In this document: in pieces, positions 12,346-25,026 of the stretch
Layout: each line of letters begins with the position of its first letter
Numbering within the stretch: the first letter of the stretch is position 1
Origin: Chiloscyllium plagiosum
Lineage: Eukaryota
Reading direction: 5' to 3'
Length of the DNA: 59,660 nt
NCBI RefSeq assembly: GCF_004010195.1
Contig: NC_057757.1
Location: 913,686-973,345, forward strand
Notes under the pieces: generated by a model
The model's database searches: none
Seen by the model: only the letters and a program-made list of their open reading frames with translations
Told to the model about the DNA's origin: nothing
Translations under genes and position numbers: made by a program

Positions 12346-13027
12346 GGCAGAGTGATAGACATTTAGCGGGTGGGAGTGAATTTGAAGATCAGAGATGTCA
12401 AAAGTGCTAGAGCATAGAAAGAGCTGAAAATGTGTTGCTGGAAAAGCGCAGCAGGTCAGGCAGCATCCAAGGAGCAGGAGAATCGATGTTTCGGGCATGA
12501 GCCCTTCTTCAGGAATGAGACCATTCTGCCTATCGTGACTAGACTGGCTCTCTGCCTATCACTTGGTAAGATTCTGTCTTCATCTCCTGTGTTAACATTT
12601 TCGATTACATTGACCTTGAGTTACTATTCCATTTGGCAAGTGACCATCCTGATGTGGAAATATATCATCGTTCCTTCAGTGATGCTGGGCCAAAGGGTTT
12701 CGCTCAGTTAGCTGGATGGTTGGTTAACGAAGCAGTATGGTACTGTGTGTTCAATTCCTGCACTGGCTGAGTTAACCATGCAGGACTCTTTTCCTCAATC
12801 TCTCCCCTTGCCTGACGTGTGGTGACCCTCAGGTTAAACCATTGCCAATTGTCTCTCTCTAATGAAAGAGCAAGGCTATCATCTGCTAAGACTGTGGTGA
12901 GTTGATTTGGGATTCTTGATTGGTTGAGTCAAAATCCTGGAATTCCCTCCCTAAGGGCCACTGTGAGGCTACCCTACAGCACATTTTCTGCAGCGGGTCA
13001 AGAAAGCAGTTCACCCCCATTGTCTCA

Positions 13028-13229
13028 AAAAGCGCAGCAGGTCAGGCAGCATCTAGGGAACAGGAGAATCGACGTTTCGGGCATTAGCCCTTCTTCAGGT
13101 TTCCTGAAGAAGGGCTAATGCCTGAAACATCGATTCTCCTGTTCCCTAGATGCTGCCTGACCTGCTGCGCTTTTCCAGCAACACATTTCCATCTCTGATC
13201 TCCAGCATCTGCAGACCTCACTTTCTCCC
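13028..13229. mobile_element. Foldback Penelope-like terminus, family A, with a hammerhead core on each strand
   Basis: Inverted arms of about 72 bp centred near 13100; CTGAAGA..GAAACGTC on minus (13067-13098) and CTGAAGA..GAAACATC on plus (13104-13135); flanking repeat cccca(t/c)tgtctcaaa. Confidence 0.8.
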
Positions 13230-13559
13230 CACTGTCTCAAAGGCAACTTGGGATGGGTCATTAATGCTGGACCCAGCCAGTGATGCCCACATGCCTCATA
13301 CCCATAACCCTGCATTTTCTTCATTTTCAGATAAGAGTCTAATTATCTTTTGAAAACTTTGACTGAATCTTCCTGAGACACATTCTCAGGAAGCCTCATC
13401 CAGATCTTAACAACTTGCTGAGGGAAAATGTTTATCCTGAAGGAATCTTTCCTTCTTTTACCAATCACTTTAAATCTAGGCCCGTCTGTAACCTCCTCGA
13501 TTCTGGAGTGGGAACAGTTTCTTCTGATTTATTCTGTCCAGATCTCGCAGAGTCTTGAA

Positions 13560-13700
13560 GGGGCTGCAGAAAGTACTGGAGATAGGGAGGGGGTGTAGGG
13601 GCTGGAGGGAATTACACAGATAGGGAGGGATGTAGGGGCTGGAGGAGGTGACAGAGATAGGAGGGATGTAGGTACTGGAGGAGAAGGTGAGGAATGGAGG
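13560..13700 (-). repeat. About 38-bp tandem repeat from an L2-like LINE 3' region (ccctccctatctctgtaaccccctccagcccctacacc); also 29505-29650 and 59590-59660
   Basis: gagatagggaggg..tgtaggggctggagg repeated about 3 times; same unit at two other loci. Confidence 0.75.
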
Positions 13701-13912
13701 GATTGAAACAGAAAGATGAGAGATAGACAATGGACATGCTGATAAACTGGGGTGACTTGACTTGGAGCCAGATTGGAGCAATGGGATTTCAGATGGAGAT
13801 AGGGTCAGACTAGGGAGGGCTGGTTTGTTTCCCCCTCCTCCCCATGTATTTTCGGTGCTGGTTGCAGTTTACGTGAAGATGCTCTGAGTTCAAGACTTCG
13901 AAGCAACTTAAC

Positions 13913-14350
13913 CTGGCAGTGCGCCAGTCCTGCTCGCCCCTCCTCCCACCCCCTCCCCCTTTTCCAGTGAAACACAAAATCAATCTCGAAGAAATTCTGA
14001 GAATCGGAGGGCCCGCCCACGCGGTGTCGTCGCACTGAGGTCACGTGACCGCGGCGGCCGGGTCGGACCGAACCATGAGCCGAGGAGCGGGGGGAGTCCG
14101 ATGTATCCTGACCGTGCCCAGCGGATCCAGGGGAGGGTATGGATGGAGTGGAGGGCAAGCGTGCGGGGTTTACGGAGGATGGCCCCGTTGGAAGTGAGCT
14201 GGAGCTGGTGCAGGAGGAGTGAGGTCCCCCCTTGTGTGAGCCGGTTTTTCCCCCCCCCCCTGTCCCCGGGGCGGTCAGTGGGCTGGCCCGGCCCTCTTTC
14301 TGAGAAGCCGCCGCCGGTTCCTGGAGAAGCGATTCCCCGAGGCGGCGGCG
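13913..14350. promoter_or_regulatory. CpG island, probable promoter or first exon of an unidentified gene, truncated by a gap
   Basis: High GC and CpG density against a CpG-depleted background; GC box cccgccc near 14012; palindrome GGTCACGTGACC 14039-14050; possible minus-strand donor CAG|GTTAAG at 13913. Confidence 0.6.
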
Positions 14351-17334
14351 NNNNNNNNNNNNNNNNNNNNNNNNNNNNNNNNNNNNNNNNNNNNNNNNNN
14401 NNNNNNNNNNNNNNNNNNNNNNNNNNNNNNNNNNNNNNNNNNNNNNNNNNNNNNNNNNNNNNNNNNNNNNNNNNNNNNNNNNNNNNNNNNNNNNNNNNNN
14501 NNNNNNNNNNNNNNNNNNNNNNNNNNNNNNNNNNNNNNNNNNNNNNNNNNNNNNNNNNNNNNNNNNNNNNNNNNNNNNNNNNNNNNNNNNNNNNNNNNNN
14601 NNNNNNNNNNNNNNNNNNNNNNNNNNNNNNNNNNNNNNNNNNNNNNNNNNNNNNNNNNNNNNNNNNNNNNNNNNNNNNNNNNNNNNNNNNNNNNNNNNNN
14701 NNNNNNNNNNNNNNNNNNNNNNNNNNNNNNNNNNNNNNNNNNNNNNNNNNNNNNNNNNNNNNNNNNNNNNNNNNNNNNNNNNNNNNNNNNNNNNNNNNNN
14801 NNNNNNNNNNNNNNNNNNNNNNNNNNNNNNNNNNNNNNNNNNNNNNNNNNNNNNNNNNNNNNNNNNNNNNNNNNNNNNNNNNNNNNNNNNNNNNNNNNNN
14901 NNNNNNNNNNNNNNNNNNNNNNNNNNNNNNNNNNNNNNNNNNNNNNNNNNNNNNNNNNNNNNNNNNNNNNNNNNNNNNNNNNNNNNNNNNNNNNNNNNNN
15001 NNNNNNNNNNNNNNNNNNNNNNNNNNNNNNNNNNNNNNNNNNNNNNNNNNNNNNNNNNNNNNNNNNNNNNNNNNNNNNNNNNNNNNNNNNNNNNNNNNNN
15101 NNNNNNNNNNNNNNNNNNNNNNNNNNNNNNNNNNNNNNNNNNNNNNNNNNNNNNNNNNNNNNNNNNNNNNNNNNNNNNNNNNNNNNNNNNNNNNNNNNNN
15201 NNNNNNNNNNNNNNNNNNNNNNNNNNNNNNNNNNNNNNNNNNNNNNNNNNNNNNNNNNNNNNNNNNNNNNNNNNNNNNNNNNNNNNNNNNNNNNNNNNNN
15301 NNNNNNNNNNNNNNNNNNNNNNNGGAGGGGAAATGATATAAGGGGGAAGAGTGATGGAGGGAGAATGTCGGAGAATTAATGTGATGGGGGAGTGGAGAGG
15401 AATGGTGGGCGAGAGAGCGAGAGAATTAGTATAATGAGGGACTGATGGATGGACAAAGGGAGGAAAGAGAGAGAGACTTCCACAGAGATTGGGAGCGGGT
15501 GGGGAGATGAATCCAGGTTGAGGAAGACTGGGGGATCCATCGGGGTGGCTGTGAGGAAGGGGTTCTGTCATGTTTGTCAGGGATATAGAGAGGGAGAAAG
15601 AGAGAGAGAGAGAACGGGCGATGGGTGTTCTTCATGTGGGGCACTTGTTTGGCACTATTGATGTCTGAAATTGCTGGCAATTTGTTTATGTAGAGGAATG
15701 GGGGCGCAGGTGGTCTCTTTGGAACATGTAAAATCTTAGTACCTGTCAGGCGAAGTGTTAACCTAGAGCGCTCTACCAAACATGAAAAGGTTTCCCTTGT
15801 TAGACTATTACAGAGTCTCAATCTCTGAGTGGGTTGGGGAAACTCAGTATTGGGTACCTTCTGAGAAGAGAAAGTGAGGAGCGCAGATCCGGAATACCAC
15901 AGGCCTGTGCTTGAAACGTGGACTCTCCTGCTCCTCAGATACTGCCTGACCTGCTGTGCTTTTCCAGTGTCACACTTTCCGACCTGTACCTTGAGAGAGA
16001 GTGAGTTTTGGATACTCTGGGGATTGAGGGGACTGGGCTGTGTGAGAAGTTGAGATGATTAACCATGAGTTGGATGATTCGCTGTGATCACAATGAGTGG
16101 CCAACCCGCACTAGTTTGTTTCTCTGGGGCATGTGTTTCTCGAGTTGGCAGCAGAGACGAGTTTGGTGATCAGTTTGCAAGCCATGCCCACCAGGTTGTC
16201 AGAGAGGGGTGAGAGTTTGGTTCCCATTTGCGAATATCAAAGTGTTATCTTTCTCTTGAATCTGAAGGGGCGATTTTATAAACTTTTTACTGTACTCTTA
16301 AATACATGTGACAATGAAGCAAATTCAATCCAACGTGGCCATGATGATACAGTGTGGGATATGAATCGAGAGGTTTCTCCTGTGGTTCAGAATGACAGCC
16401 GGTGAACTGCATGTTTGTCAATCTAAAGGACAGTCCCTGCTGCAATGTGGCATGTATACTTTGCACAGCAGGATCCCAAACACAGCAACTCTGATATTAA
16501 CAATGACCTCCCCTTCTCCCATAGCTGTTCCACTGGGTTGGAGGGTAATTAAGGGAGCAGTGGGTCACCACGAGGACAGAAATCTCTCTGATTCAACTTC
16601 TAAACTGTTCCCGGGGGAACAATTACAGAGTGGGGAAGAGATGGGAACCCTAGGGGTTAACCGCTTCCCCCCCCACTGTTTCTCTGTCTGTAGTGGGAGT
16701 TTGATTGTAAAACTGGCCGTGGCATTTTCTAGCCAGTCTAGTGTGTTCATGACTCAACCTCATTTACTGAAAACTCTCATGTTTACTGGCATCCAGGTCT
16801 TTCTCCAGTATCTGTGTGTTTTGTATGTGTATACTTCGCGGCTTGAAAGATTAATCTCTGACTCATTTTAGCACAGCGGGAGTAAAATTACTGGCAAGCA
16901 GGAGGCTGTGACGGATCAACGGGTTTCAGCCAGGGGGGTACAGAGGGCAGTCTGGCGGGAGGGGAAGGGAGGGAGGGAGCATTGTAATGTTTATACTGTC
17001 ACTCTGTCATCCACGGAATGTCAGGGGCACAGCTTTTGGGCTATTGTATTTAAAAGACAGCAATTTTCCCCTTTGTCCAGATGTTCACGGCCCTAGTTCT
17101 CTCCTGCCACTAGCGTGACGTTAACTTGCAGGAGGGCTGGGGAATTCCTGACCAAGTAGCATCGGAGATAATCTGACGCCTGTGTTTCCTCAGCTACTAT
17201 TTCCAAAAGTTCCTCTTTGGCTACGGAGCTTGTTGAGGCTGTTTTTAATAGGGACTGGAAAAACCGGAGTTTCTATTTCATCTGTATATGTTTTTTTTAA
17301 AACGTGTTCTGTGCTGGGTCAGTCTGCCTTCGTG

Positions 17335-17829
17335 CGTGTGTGTGTCTCTATCTGTGTCTCTGTGTGTCTCTATCTGTCTGTGTGTGTGTGTTGAAAATGT
17401 GTTGCTGGAAAAGCGCAGCAGGTCAGGCAGCATCCAGGGAACAGGAGAATCGACGTTTCGGGCATAAGCTCTTCTTCAGGAATCATGAAGAAGNNNNNNN
17501 NNNNNNNNNNNNNNNNNNNNNNNNNNNNNNNNNNNNNNNNNNNNNNNNNNNNNNNNNNNNNNNNGTGTGTGTGCGCGAGTCTCTCTCTCTGTCTCTCTCT
17601 GTCTCTCTCTGTCTCTGTGTGTGTCTCTCTCTCTCTCTGTCTCTGTGTGTGTGTCTTTCTCTCTCTGTGTCTCTCTCTGTGTGTGTGTGTGTCTGTAGCG
17701 GTGGGGAGTGTGCGCTGGCTCCCTGAGTTGGCCCCTGAGCCACCAAGTGGCGACTGTCTCGGTGACAGTTCTGTGATTTTCGAGACCAGCTTTCGGTTAA
17801 CGGAAGGGGAGGAACTGTGTGCTGTTTGT

Positions 17830-17866
<37 letters not shown>
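17335..17866. repeat. (TG)n/(TC)n microsatellite cluster with an inserted family A Penelope-like terminus (17390-17485)
   Basis: Direct reading; pure (TG)n at 17833-17865. Confidence 0.9.
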
Positions 17867-17867
<1 letters not shown>

Positions 17868-18429
17868 ACAGACTCGGTCTTGGAAAGACAGACCAGAGAC
17901 CGCAGCAGCTGAGCAACAAAGCGCCAAACCTCGCATCACGTCCCAAAATAAACTCAGGCAAACAAGTAAACACTTTGTGGGCAGTCAAAACACATCGGGG
18001 TGGACCCAATCGCTCGACATTTCCCCCGGCAACAGAGGATTCCTGTCTACTCGCCCACACGGGCAGAGGCTTGACCACGGAAGTTGTGCACACACGGTTT
18101 CTCATCCAGGTTAATAATATCTCAGGAAATACAATCGCAGAAGCCTTTTGTTCTTGTCCATGCATTGCCGGAGAGAAGTCTATGTCTGTACAGACAGCAA
18201 GGAGTCAGTTTTTGTCCTGTCAGTGGTAACAGGCGGGTCGCCGTCCCCCCGGATCCCCTCAGACCACCCCCGTGTCTGAGCAGAGGTGTTTAGGATTATT
18301 CCCATTTCACCCTGAGAGGGTACGTGGACGTGAGAGTGCCCCAGCCGCTGACAGTGCAGCACTCCCTCAGCGCTGCCCCTGCACACCCAGGCTCTCTGAC
18401 AACGCGGTCCAGGAGAATTTGCCTCCAAC

Positions 18430-18790
18430 AGAGGGTTTATAAAATCATGAGGGGCATAGCTAAGATGAAGAGCAAAGGAATTTTTTTTCTTCCCCCAGGC
18501 TAGGGGTGTTCAAAACTAGAGAAGCGTAGGTTTAGGGTGAGAGGGGAAAGATTTAAAAGGGACCTGATGGGCAATGTTTTCACACAGAGGGTGGTACGTG
18601 TATGGAATGAGCTGCCAGAGGAAGTGGTGGAGGCTGGTACAATGACAGCATTTTAAATGGCATCTGGGCAGATCCATGACTAGGAAGGGTTTGGAGGGAA
18701 ATGGGCCAAATGTCAGCAGAAGGGGCGAGTTTAGTTCGGGAAACTTGGTCAGTAGTTGGACCGAAGGGCCTGTTTCTGTGCTGTGAGACT
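18430..18790 (+). mobile_element. HER1/CR1 LINE 3' fragment
   Basis: Matches the other HER1-type 3' copies in the window. Confidence 0.75.
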
Positions 18791-19719
18791 GGAGAGTGAA
18801 GACAGACTAGTTTTAAATGCCTCCATGCCAAAGAGTTCACACTTAGTATTCCTTTGTCAGTCAGGAGCTGTGGAGAGATCCAGCAGAATGTTGCCATTAC
18901 CCTGTTCCAGAAGGTTCCAGAATCCTGTCCCTCAGCCCGGCAACACCATGTCAGGGTGGGGGTCTTTTTGTGAGGAAATTTCTGACGCTGATGCTCGTCA
19001 ATGGCTGTACATGCCCTTGCTCGCTCTCTCTCACTCTGTCACTCGCGCGCGCACACACATACACACTGTCCTCGGGCAGTGCCATCTCCTCCAGCTGCTC
19101 CCTGGAAAGGAGGCCATGGTGTGAGGAGGTGTATGCTTGGAACATAGATTGCTCTCTCAATGATTACGAATGCAGAAAGATGTGTACTCTTCCCGCCTTC
19201 AGGAATAGGTGCAGGGCCTATCCTGCACTGAGGGAGTGCAGAAACACGCCAATCCCACTGTGTGCACCCTTGTGTTGCAGTGGCGAAGTTGGTGAGGTGG
19301 TTTGGTCCAGCGCTCTGGGGCCTGAATGCTCCCTCTCCTGAGCCCAATCTGCTCGGATGCTGCCTGACCTGCTGTGCTTTTCCACCACCCCACTCTCGAC
19401 GCTGTTCCAATCAAAGCGCAGCTCGCTGGTCCTGAGTGAGTATCCTATTGTCAGTTGGTGGAATACACAACAACACCCCGTACTGGGCCTGAAAAGGGTA
19501 GTTAACAGCATCAGTGGGGTGCTTTGAATTTATCTTTACCCCTGAATGATGTTTAATGTGAGGAAGCAGGACTCTGTGTGTGTCTGTCTGTCTGTCTATA
19601 GTCACTCTGTGTGTACATGTCTTTCTCACTCTGCTAGTTTTGTGCCCCCACCCAAACCAAGAAGCTGTTGAGGAGCTGAGGTGTGCAGTGAATGGGAATG
19701 TTGAGACTGATCTTCGAGA

Positions 19720-20340
19720 GTCAGAGAGCTGCACAGCATGGAAACAGACCCTTCGGTCCAACCCATCCATGCCAATCAGTTATCCTAACCTAATCTAGTC
19801 CCATTTGCCACACCCGGCCCATATCCCCCCAAACCCTTCCTATTCGTATACCCATCCAAATGCCTCTTAAATGTTGCAATTGTACCAGCCTCCACCACTT
19901 CCTCTGGCAGCTCATTCCATACACGTACCACCCTCTGTNNNNNNNNNNNNNNNNNNNNNNNNNNNNNNNNNNNNNNNNNNNNNNNNNNNNNNNNNNNNNN
20001 NNNNNNNNNNNNNNNNNNNNNNNNNNNNAGCCTCTCCCTGTAGCTCAGATCCTCCAACCCTGGCAACATCCTTGTAAATCCTTTTGGAACCTTTCAAGTT
20101 TCACAACATCTTTCCGACAGGAAGGAGACCAGAATTGCGCGCAGTATTTCAACAGTGGCCTAACCAATGTCCTGTACAGCCGCAACATGACCTCCCAACT
20201 CCTGTACTCAATACTCTGACCAATAACGGAAAGCATACCAAACGCCTTCTTCACTATCCTATCTACCTGTGACTCCACTTTCATGGAACTATGAACCTGC
20301 AGACTAATGTCTCTTGTTTAGCAACAGGACCTTACCATAA
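19720..20340 (-). mobile_element. HER1/CR1 LINE 3' fragment
   Basis: VESQVDRIVKKAFGML..IGQSIEYRSWEVMLRLYRTLVRPLL.YC.QFWSP remnant. Confidence 0.85.
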
Positions 20341-20773
20341 AGTGTATATGTTGTTGGACGCTGGGGAGGTGGGGGTTACAGAGCCAGGACTGGGAGGTGG
20401 TCTCATTCCCAGTGAAGAGCTGAACTGTTCCTGAAGGACGTTTTCCCCAGCAAGAGGAGGCTTTGAGAGAGCATGTTCTCTCACAGCTGGGCTGGCCTGG
20501 CCTGGCCAGGAAAGCCTCATCAGTCAGCACAGGATATCTTTCGCCTGTGGGAGGGGGAGGGGGAGGGGTCAAGCACTGGCTTTAACCATAAGAGGGCTCG
20601 ACTGGGCCAGGGTTACTGTGTTGCTGGTGACGTCTTCGCTTCCCGCACAGCTGCTTGGATCTGGGTGGCTAGGCACGTCCCAGTATCCTGGATTCGCCAC
20701 AATAGCAGGAAGGGCTTGAGTCACTCACTGGATCAGGGACAGCAAACAGTTCCTGTGAAAAAGACTCACTAAA

Positions 20774-20868
20774 CCTCCTCCTCCATCAACCCTCCTCCAT
20801 CAACCCTCCTCCATCTCCATCCCTCCTCCTCCATCATCCCTCCTCCATCAACCCTCCTCCATCAACCC
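20774..20868. repeat. 14-bp tandem repeat (cctcctccatcaac) running into a gap
   Basis: Direct reading. Confidence 0.85.
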
Positions 20869-21368
20869 NNNNNNNNNNNNNNNNNNNNNNNNNNNNNNNN
20901 NNNNNNNNNNNNNNNNNNNNNNNNNNNNNNNNNNNNNNNNNNNNNNNNNNNNNNNNNNNNNNNNNNNNNNNNNNNNNNNNNNNNNNNNNNNNNNNNNNNN
21001 NNNNNNNNNNNNNNNNNNNNNNNNNNNNNNNNNNNNNNNNNNNNNNNNNNNNNNNNNNNNNNNNNNNNNNNNNNNNNNNNNNNNNNNNNNNNNNNNNNNN
21101 NNNNNNNNNNNNNNNNNNNNNNNNNNNNNNNNNNNNNNNNNNNNNNNNNNNNNNNNNNNNNNNNNNNNNNNNNNNNNNNNNNNNNNNNNNNNNNNNNNNN
21201 NNNNNNNNNNNNNNNNNNNNNNNNNNNNNNNNNNNNNNNNNNNNNNNNNNNNNNNNNNNNNNNNNNNNNNNNNNNNNNNNNNNNNNNNNNNNNNNNNNNN
21301 NNNNNNNNNNNNNNNNNNNNNNNNNNNNNNNNNNNNNNNNNNNNNNNNNNNNNNNNNNNNNNNNNNNN
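20869..21368. other. 500-N placeholder gap (also 4156-4655 and 50369-50868); other gaps at 7152-7204, 14351-15323, 17494-17563, 19939-20028, 40681-41081, 56256-56314
   Basis: N runs; three of exactly 500 imply joins of unknown size. Confidence 0.97.
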
Positions 21369-21449
21369 ACTGGTCGGCAATTGTGGGGGAATATTATCTG
21401 GTTCGAGTCCCATGCCAAAACATTTCAGCAGCTAACTTAGTGTTAGGCA

Positions 21450-22440
21450 GAGGGAGTGCCGCACTTCGGAGGGTCAGTGCTGAGGGAGGGCACTGTCAAA
21501 GGGTCAGCGCTGAGGGAGTGGACACTATCAGATGGTCAGTGGTGAGGGAGTGGGCACTGCCGGAAGGTCAGTGCTGAGGGAATGCCGCACTGCCGGAAGG
21601 TCAGTGCTAGGGAGTGCCGCACTGTCGGAGGGTCAGTGCTGAGGGCGTGGGTACCGTCAGAGGGTCAGTGCTGAGGGAGTGCCGCACTGTCAAGAGAGCA
21701 GGTGCTGAGGGTGTGAGCACAGTAGGGGTATCAGTGCTAAGGGAGTGGGCACTGTCGGAGGGTCAATGCTGAGGGAATGCCGCACTGCTGGAAGGTCAGT
21801 GTTGAGGGAGTGCCGCACTGTTGGAGGGTCAGTGCTGAGGGAGTGCTGCACTGCCGGAAGGTCAGTGCTGAGGGAATGCCGCACTGTCGGAGAGCAGGTG
21901 CTGAGGGTGTGAGCACAGTCGGGGTATCAGTGCTAAGGGAGTGGGCACTGTCGGAGGGTCAATGCTGAGGGAATGCCACACTGCTGGAAGGTCAGTGTTG
22001 AGGGAGTGCCGCACTGTTGGAGGGTCAGTGCTGAGGGAGTGCCGCACTGCCGGAAGGTCAGTGCTGAGGGAATGCCGCACTGTCGGAGAGCAGATGCTGA
22101 GGGTGTGAGCACAGTCGGGGTATCAGTGCTAAGGGAGTGGGCACTGTCGGAGGGTCAATGCTGAGGGAGTGCCGCACTGTTGGAGGGTCAGTGCTGAGGG
22201 AGTGCCGCACTGTCGGAGTGCCGCACTGTCGGAGGGTCAGTGCTGAGGGAGTGGGTACCGTCAGAGGGTCAGTGCTGAGGGCGTCGGTACCGTCAGAGGG
22301 TCAATGCTGAGGGAGTGGGCACGGTCGGATGGTCAGTGCTGAGGGACTGCCGCACTGTCGGAGGGTCAGTGCTGAGGGAGCGCCGCACTGTCGGTGGGTC
22401 AGTGCTGAGGGAGCGCCGCACTGTCAGAGGGTTCGTGCTG
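21450..22440. repeat. 31/33-bp minisatellite, about 30 units, opposite orientation, with a 196-bp higher-order repeat
   Basis: gtgctgagggagtgccgcactgtcggagggtca units; diagnostic variant gagagcag.tgctgagggtgtgagcacagt at 21694, 21890 and 22086. Confidence 0.95.
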
Positions 22441-22932
22441 AAACCTCAAGGTGAGTTGCCGTGATATTAAAACACAGTGCCCTCAAGGGCAATGGAAGAG
22501 GATTCAATTCTACAGGGAATTGGATGAATATTTGTAAAAAGGGAAAATACAAAAGCTGTAATTTAAGTGAAGGATGAGTTGGGGGAAGAGTGGTTTAAAA
22601 TTGATCAGATCCATGAATGGGTTAGTACAGGAAGACTGGGTGAAATGGCCTCTACTCTCCAGCCGCTGGAGACAATGAAAAGGTTCTGCAGGTCTCAATG
22701 AGGCCCTCAAACATCAGTAACTATCTACCTCACCTCATGTTGTACCTGTCCTCAACAGAATTGTTTGGAGCATTGTATCGGGAGCTTTCCTCTGTATCAA
22801 ACCTGGTGTTGTACTTGTCCTTTGAGTGTTTAATGGGGGCAGAGTTGAGAGCGCTTTACTTACAGTTTAAAAATAGTAGAGAGAGCTGTAATCTGTACCT
22901 AACTCATGATGTACCTGTCCTGGAAATGCTTA

Positions 22933-24850
22933 GAACAGAGAACATTACAGTGCAGTACAGGCCTTTCAGCCCTTGATGTTGGTCCAACCTGTGGAACCAA
23001 TCTGAAGCCCATTTAACCTACACTATTGCATTCTTGTCCATATGTTTATCCAATGACCATTTAAATGCCCTTAAAGTTGGCGAGTCTACTTCTATTGCAG
23101 GCAGTGCGTTCCACACCCTTACTATTCTCTGAGTGAAGAACCTACCTCTGACATCTGTCCTATATCTTTCACCCCTCAACTTAAAGCCACGTCCCCTCGT
23201 GCTAGCCATCACCATCCTAGGAAAAAGACTCCCTGTCCACCCTACCTAACCCTCTGATTACCTTATATGTCTCTATTAAGTCACCTCTCAACCTTCTTCT
23301 CTCTAACAAAAACACCCTCAAGTCCCTCAGCCTTTCCTCATAAGACCTTCCCTCTATACCAGGCAACATCCTGGTAAATCTCCTCTGAACCCTTTCCAAA
23401 GCTTCCACATCCTTCCTATAATGTGGTGACCAGACATGTATGCAATACTCCAAGTGCAGCCACACCAGAGTTTTGTACAGCTGCAGCATGACCTCATGGC
23501 TCTGAAACTCAATCCCTCCACCAATAAAAGCTAACACACAGTATTCCTTCTCAACAACCCTATCAACCTGGGTGGCAATCAGGGATCTATGTACATGAAC
23601 ACTGAGATCTCTCTGCTCAGCCACACCATCAAGAATCTTACCATTAGCCCAGTACTCTGTATTCCTGTTGCTCCTTCCAAAGTGAATCACCGCACACTTT
23701 TCCACACTGAACTCCATTTACCACCTGTCAGCCCAGCTCTGCAGCTTACTGATGTCCCTCTGTAACCTACAACATCTTTCAGCACTATTCACAACTGTAC
23801 CAACCTTAGTGTCAACTGCAAATTTACTAACCCATCCTTCTACACCCTCATCCAGGTCATTTGTAAAAATGACAAACAGCAGTGGCCCCAAAACAGATCC
23901 TTGTGGTACCCCACTAGTAACTGAACTCCACAATGAATATTTCCCATCAACCACCACCCTCTGTCATCTTTCAGCTAACCAATTTCTGATCCAAACCACT
24001 AAATCACCCTCAATCCCAAGCCTCTGTATTTTGTACAATAGCCTACCATGGGGAACCTTATCAAACACCTTACTGAAATCCACATACACCACATTAACTG
24101 CTTTATCCTCATCCACCTGGTCTTCTTCTCAAAGAACTCAATAAGGTTTGTGAGGCATGACCTACCCTTCACAAAACCGTGCTGACTTTCCCTAATCAAC
24201 TTATTTCTTCCTAGATGATTCTAATCCTTTCCAACACTTTACCCACAACTGAAGTAAGGCCCACTGGTCTATAATTACCAGGGTTGTCTCTTGAACAAGG
24301 GGACAATATTTGCTATCCTCCAGTCTTCTGGCACTATTCCTGTAGACAATGACGACATAAAGATTAAAGCCAAAGGCTCTGCAATCTCCTCACTGGCTTC
24401 CCAGAGAATCCCAGGGTATTTATCCATTTTCGCACTTCCCAGAATTGCTAACACCACCTCCTTGTGAACCTCAATCCCATCTAGTCTGGTATCCCTGTAT
24501 CTCAGTATTCTCCTTGACAACAATGTCTTTGTCCAGTGTGAATGCTGATGAAAAATAATCCTTTAGCGCTTCCCCAAATTCCTCGGCTTCCACGCACAAT
24601 TTCCCACTACTGTCCTTGATTGGCCCTCATCTTTCTCTCGTTATTCTTTTGTTCCTGATATACCTGTAGAAAGCTTTAGGATTTTCCTTGATCCTATCTG
24701 CCAACGACTTCTCATGTCCCCTCCTGGTTCTTCTTAGCTCTCTCTTTAGGTCTTTCCTGGAGAACTTGTAACTCTCAAGCGCCCTACCTGAGCCTTCACA
24801 TCTCATCCTAACATAAGCCTTCTTCCTTTTGATGAGAGATTCAACCTCCT
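22933..24850 (-). mobile_element. CR1-type LINE, about 1.9 kb, 5'-truncated, with decayed reverse transcriptase domain
   Basis: SQHGFVKGRSCLTNLIEFFE, SGVPQGSVLGPLLF, SKFAVDTK (FADD decayed), [16 protein letters not shown]; frameshifts and stops. Confidence 0.92.
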
Positions 24851-25026
24851 TGCTTGGTGGAGGACAGTGTGGAGGGAAGTTTTACTTTCAGTTGAAAAGA
24901 GTAGAGAGTGCTTTACTCAGTGCTAACCATGTGCTGTACCTGTCGTAGGAGTGTTTGATGGAGAGAGTGTTGAGCAAGTTTAAAGAATAGAGAGATCTTT
25001 AGTATTTATAACACAGGGCAACGTAC

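Noticed and set aside
1..13900. TP53 or other coding exons expected from paralogy
   Set aside because: No translation in the unique stretches (6420-6960, 9050-9800, 11550-12180) resembles a protein I recognise.
13805..15571. Long ORFs (588 aa, 411 aa, and similar at 3914, 20834, 40578, 50267)
   Set aside because: Their length comes from N runs translated as X; the flanking peptides have no recognisable homology.
21450..22440. V(D)J recombination signal sequences (cacagt/gacagtg words)
   Set aside because: No full CACAGTG heptamer with a correctly spaced nonamer, and no Ig or TCR segments.
22933..24850. Active reverse transcriptase gene
   Set aside because: 5'-truncated and frameshifted, with the catalytic FADD motif reading FAVD; a dead CR1 copy.
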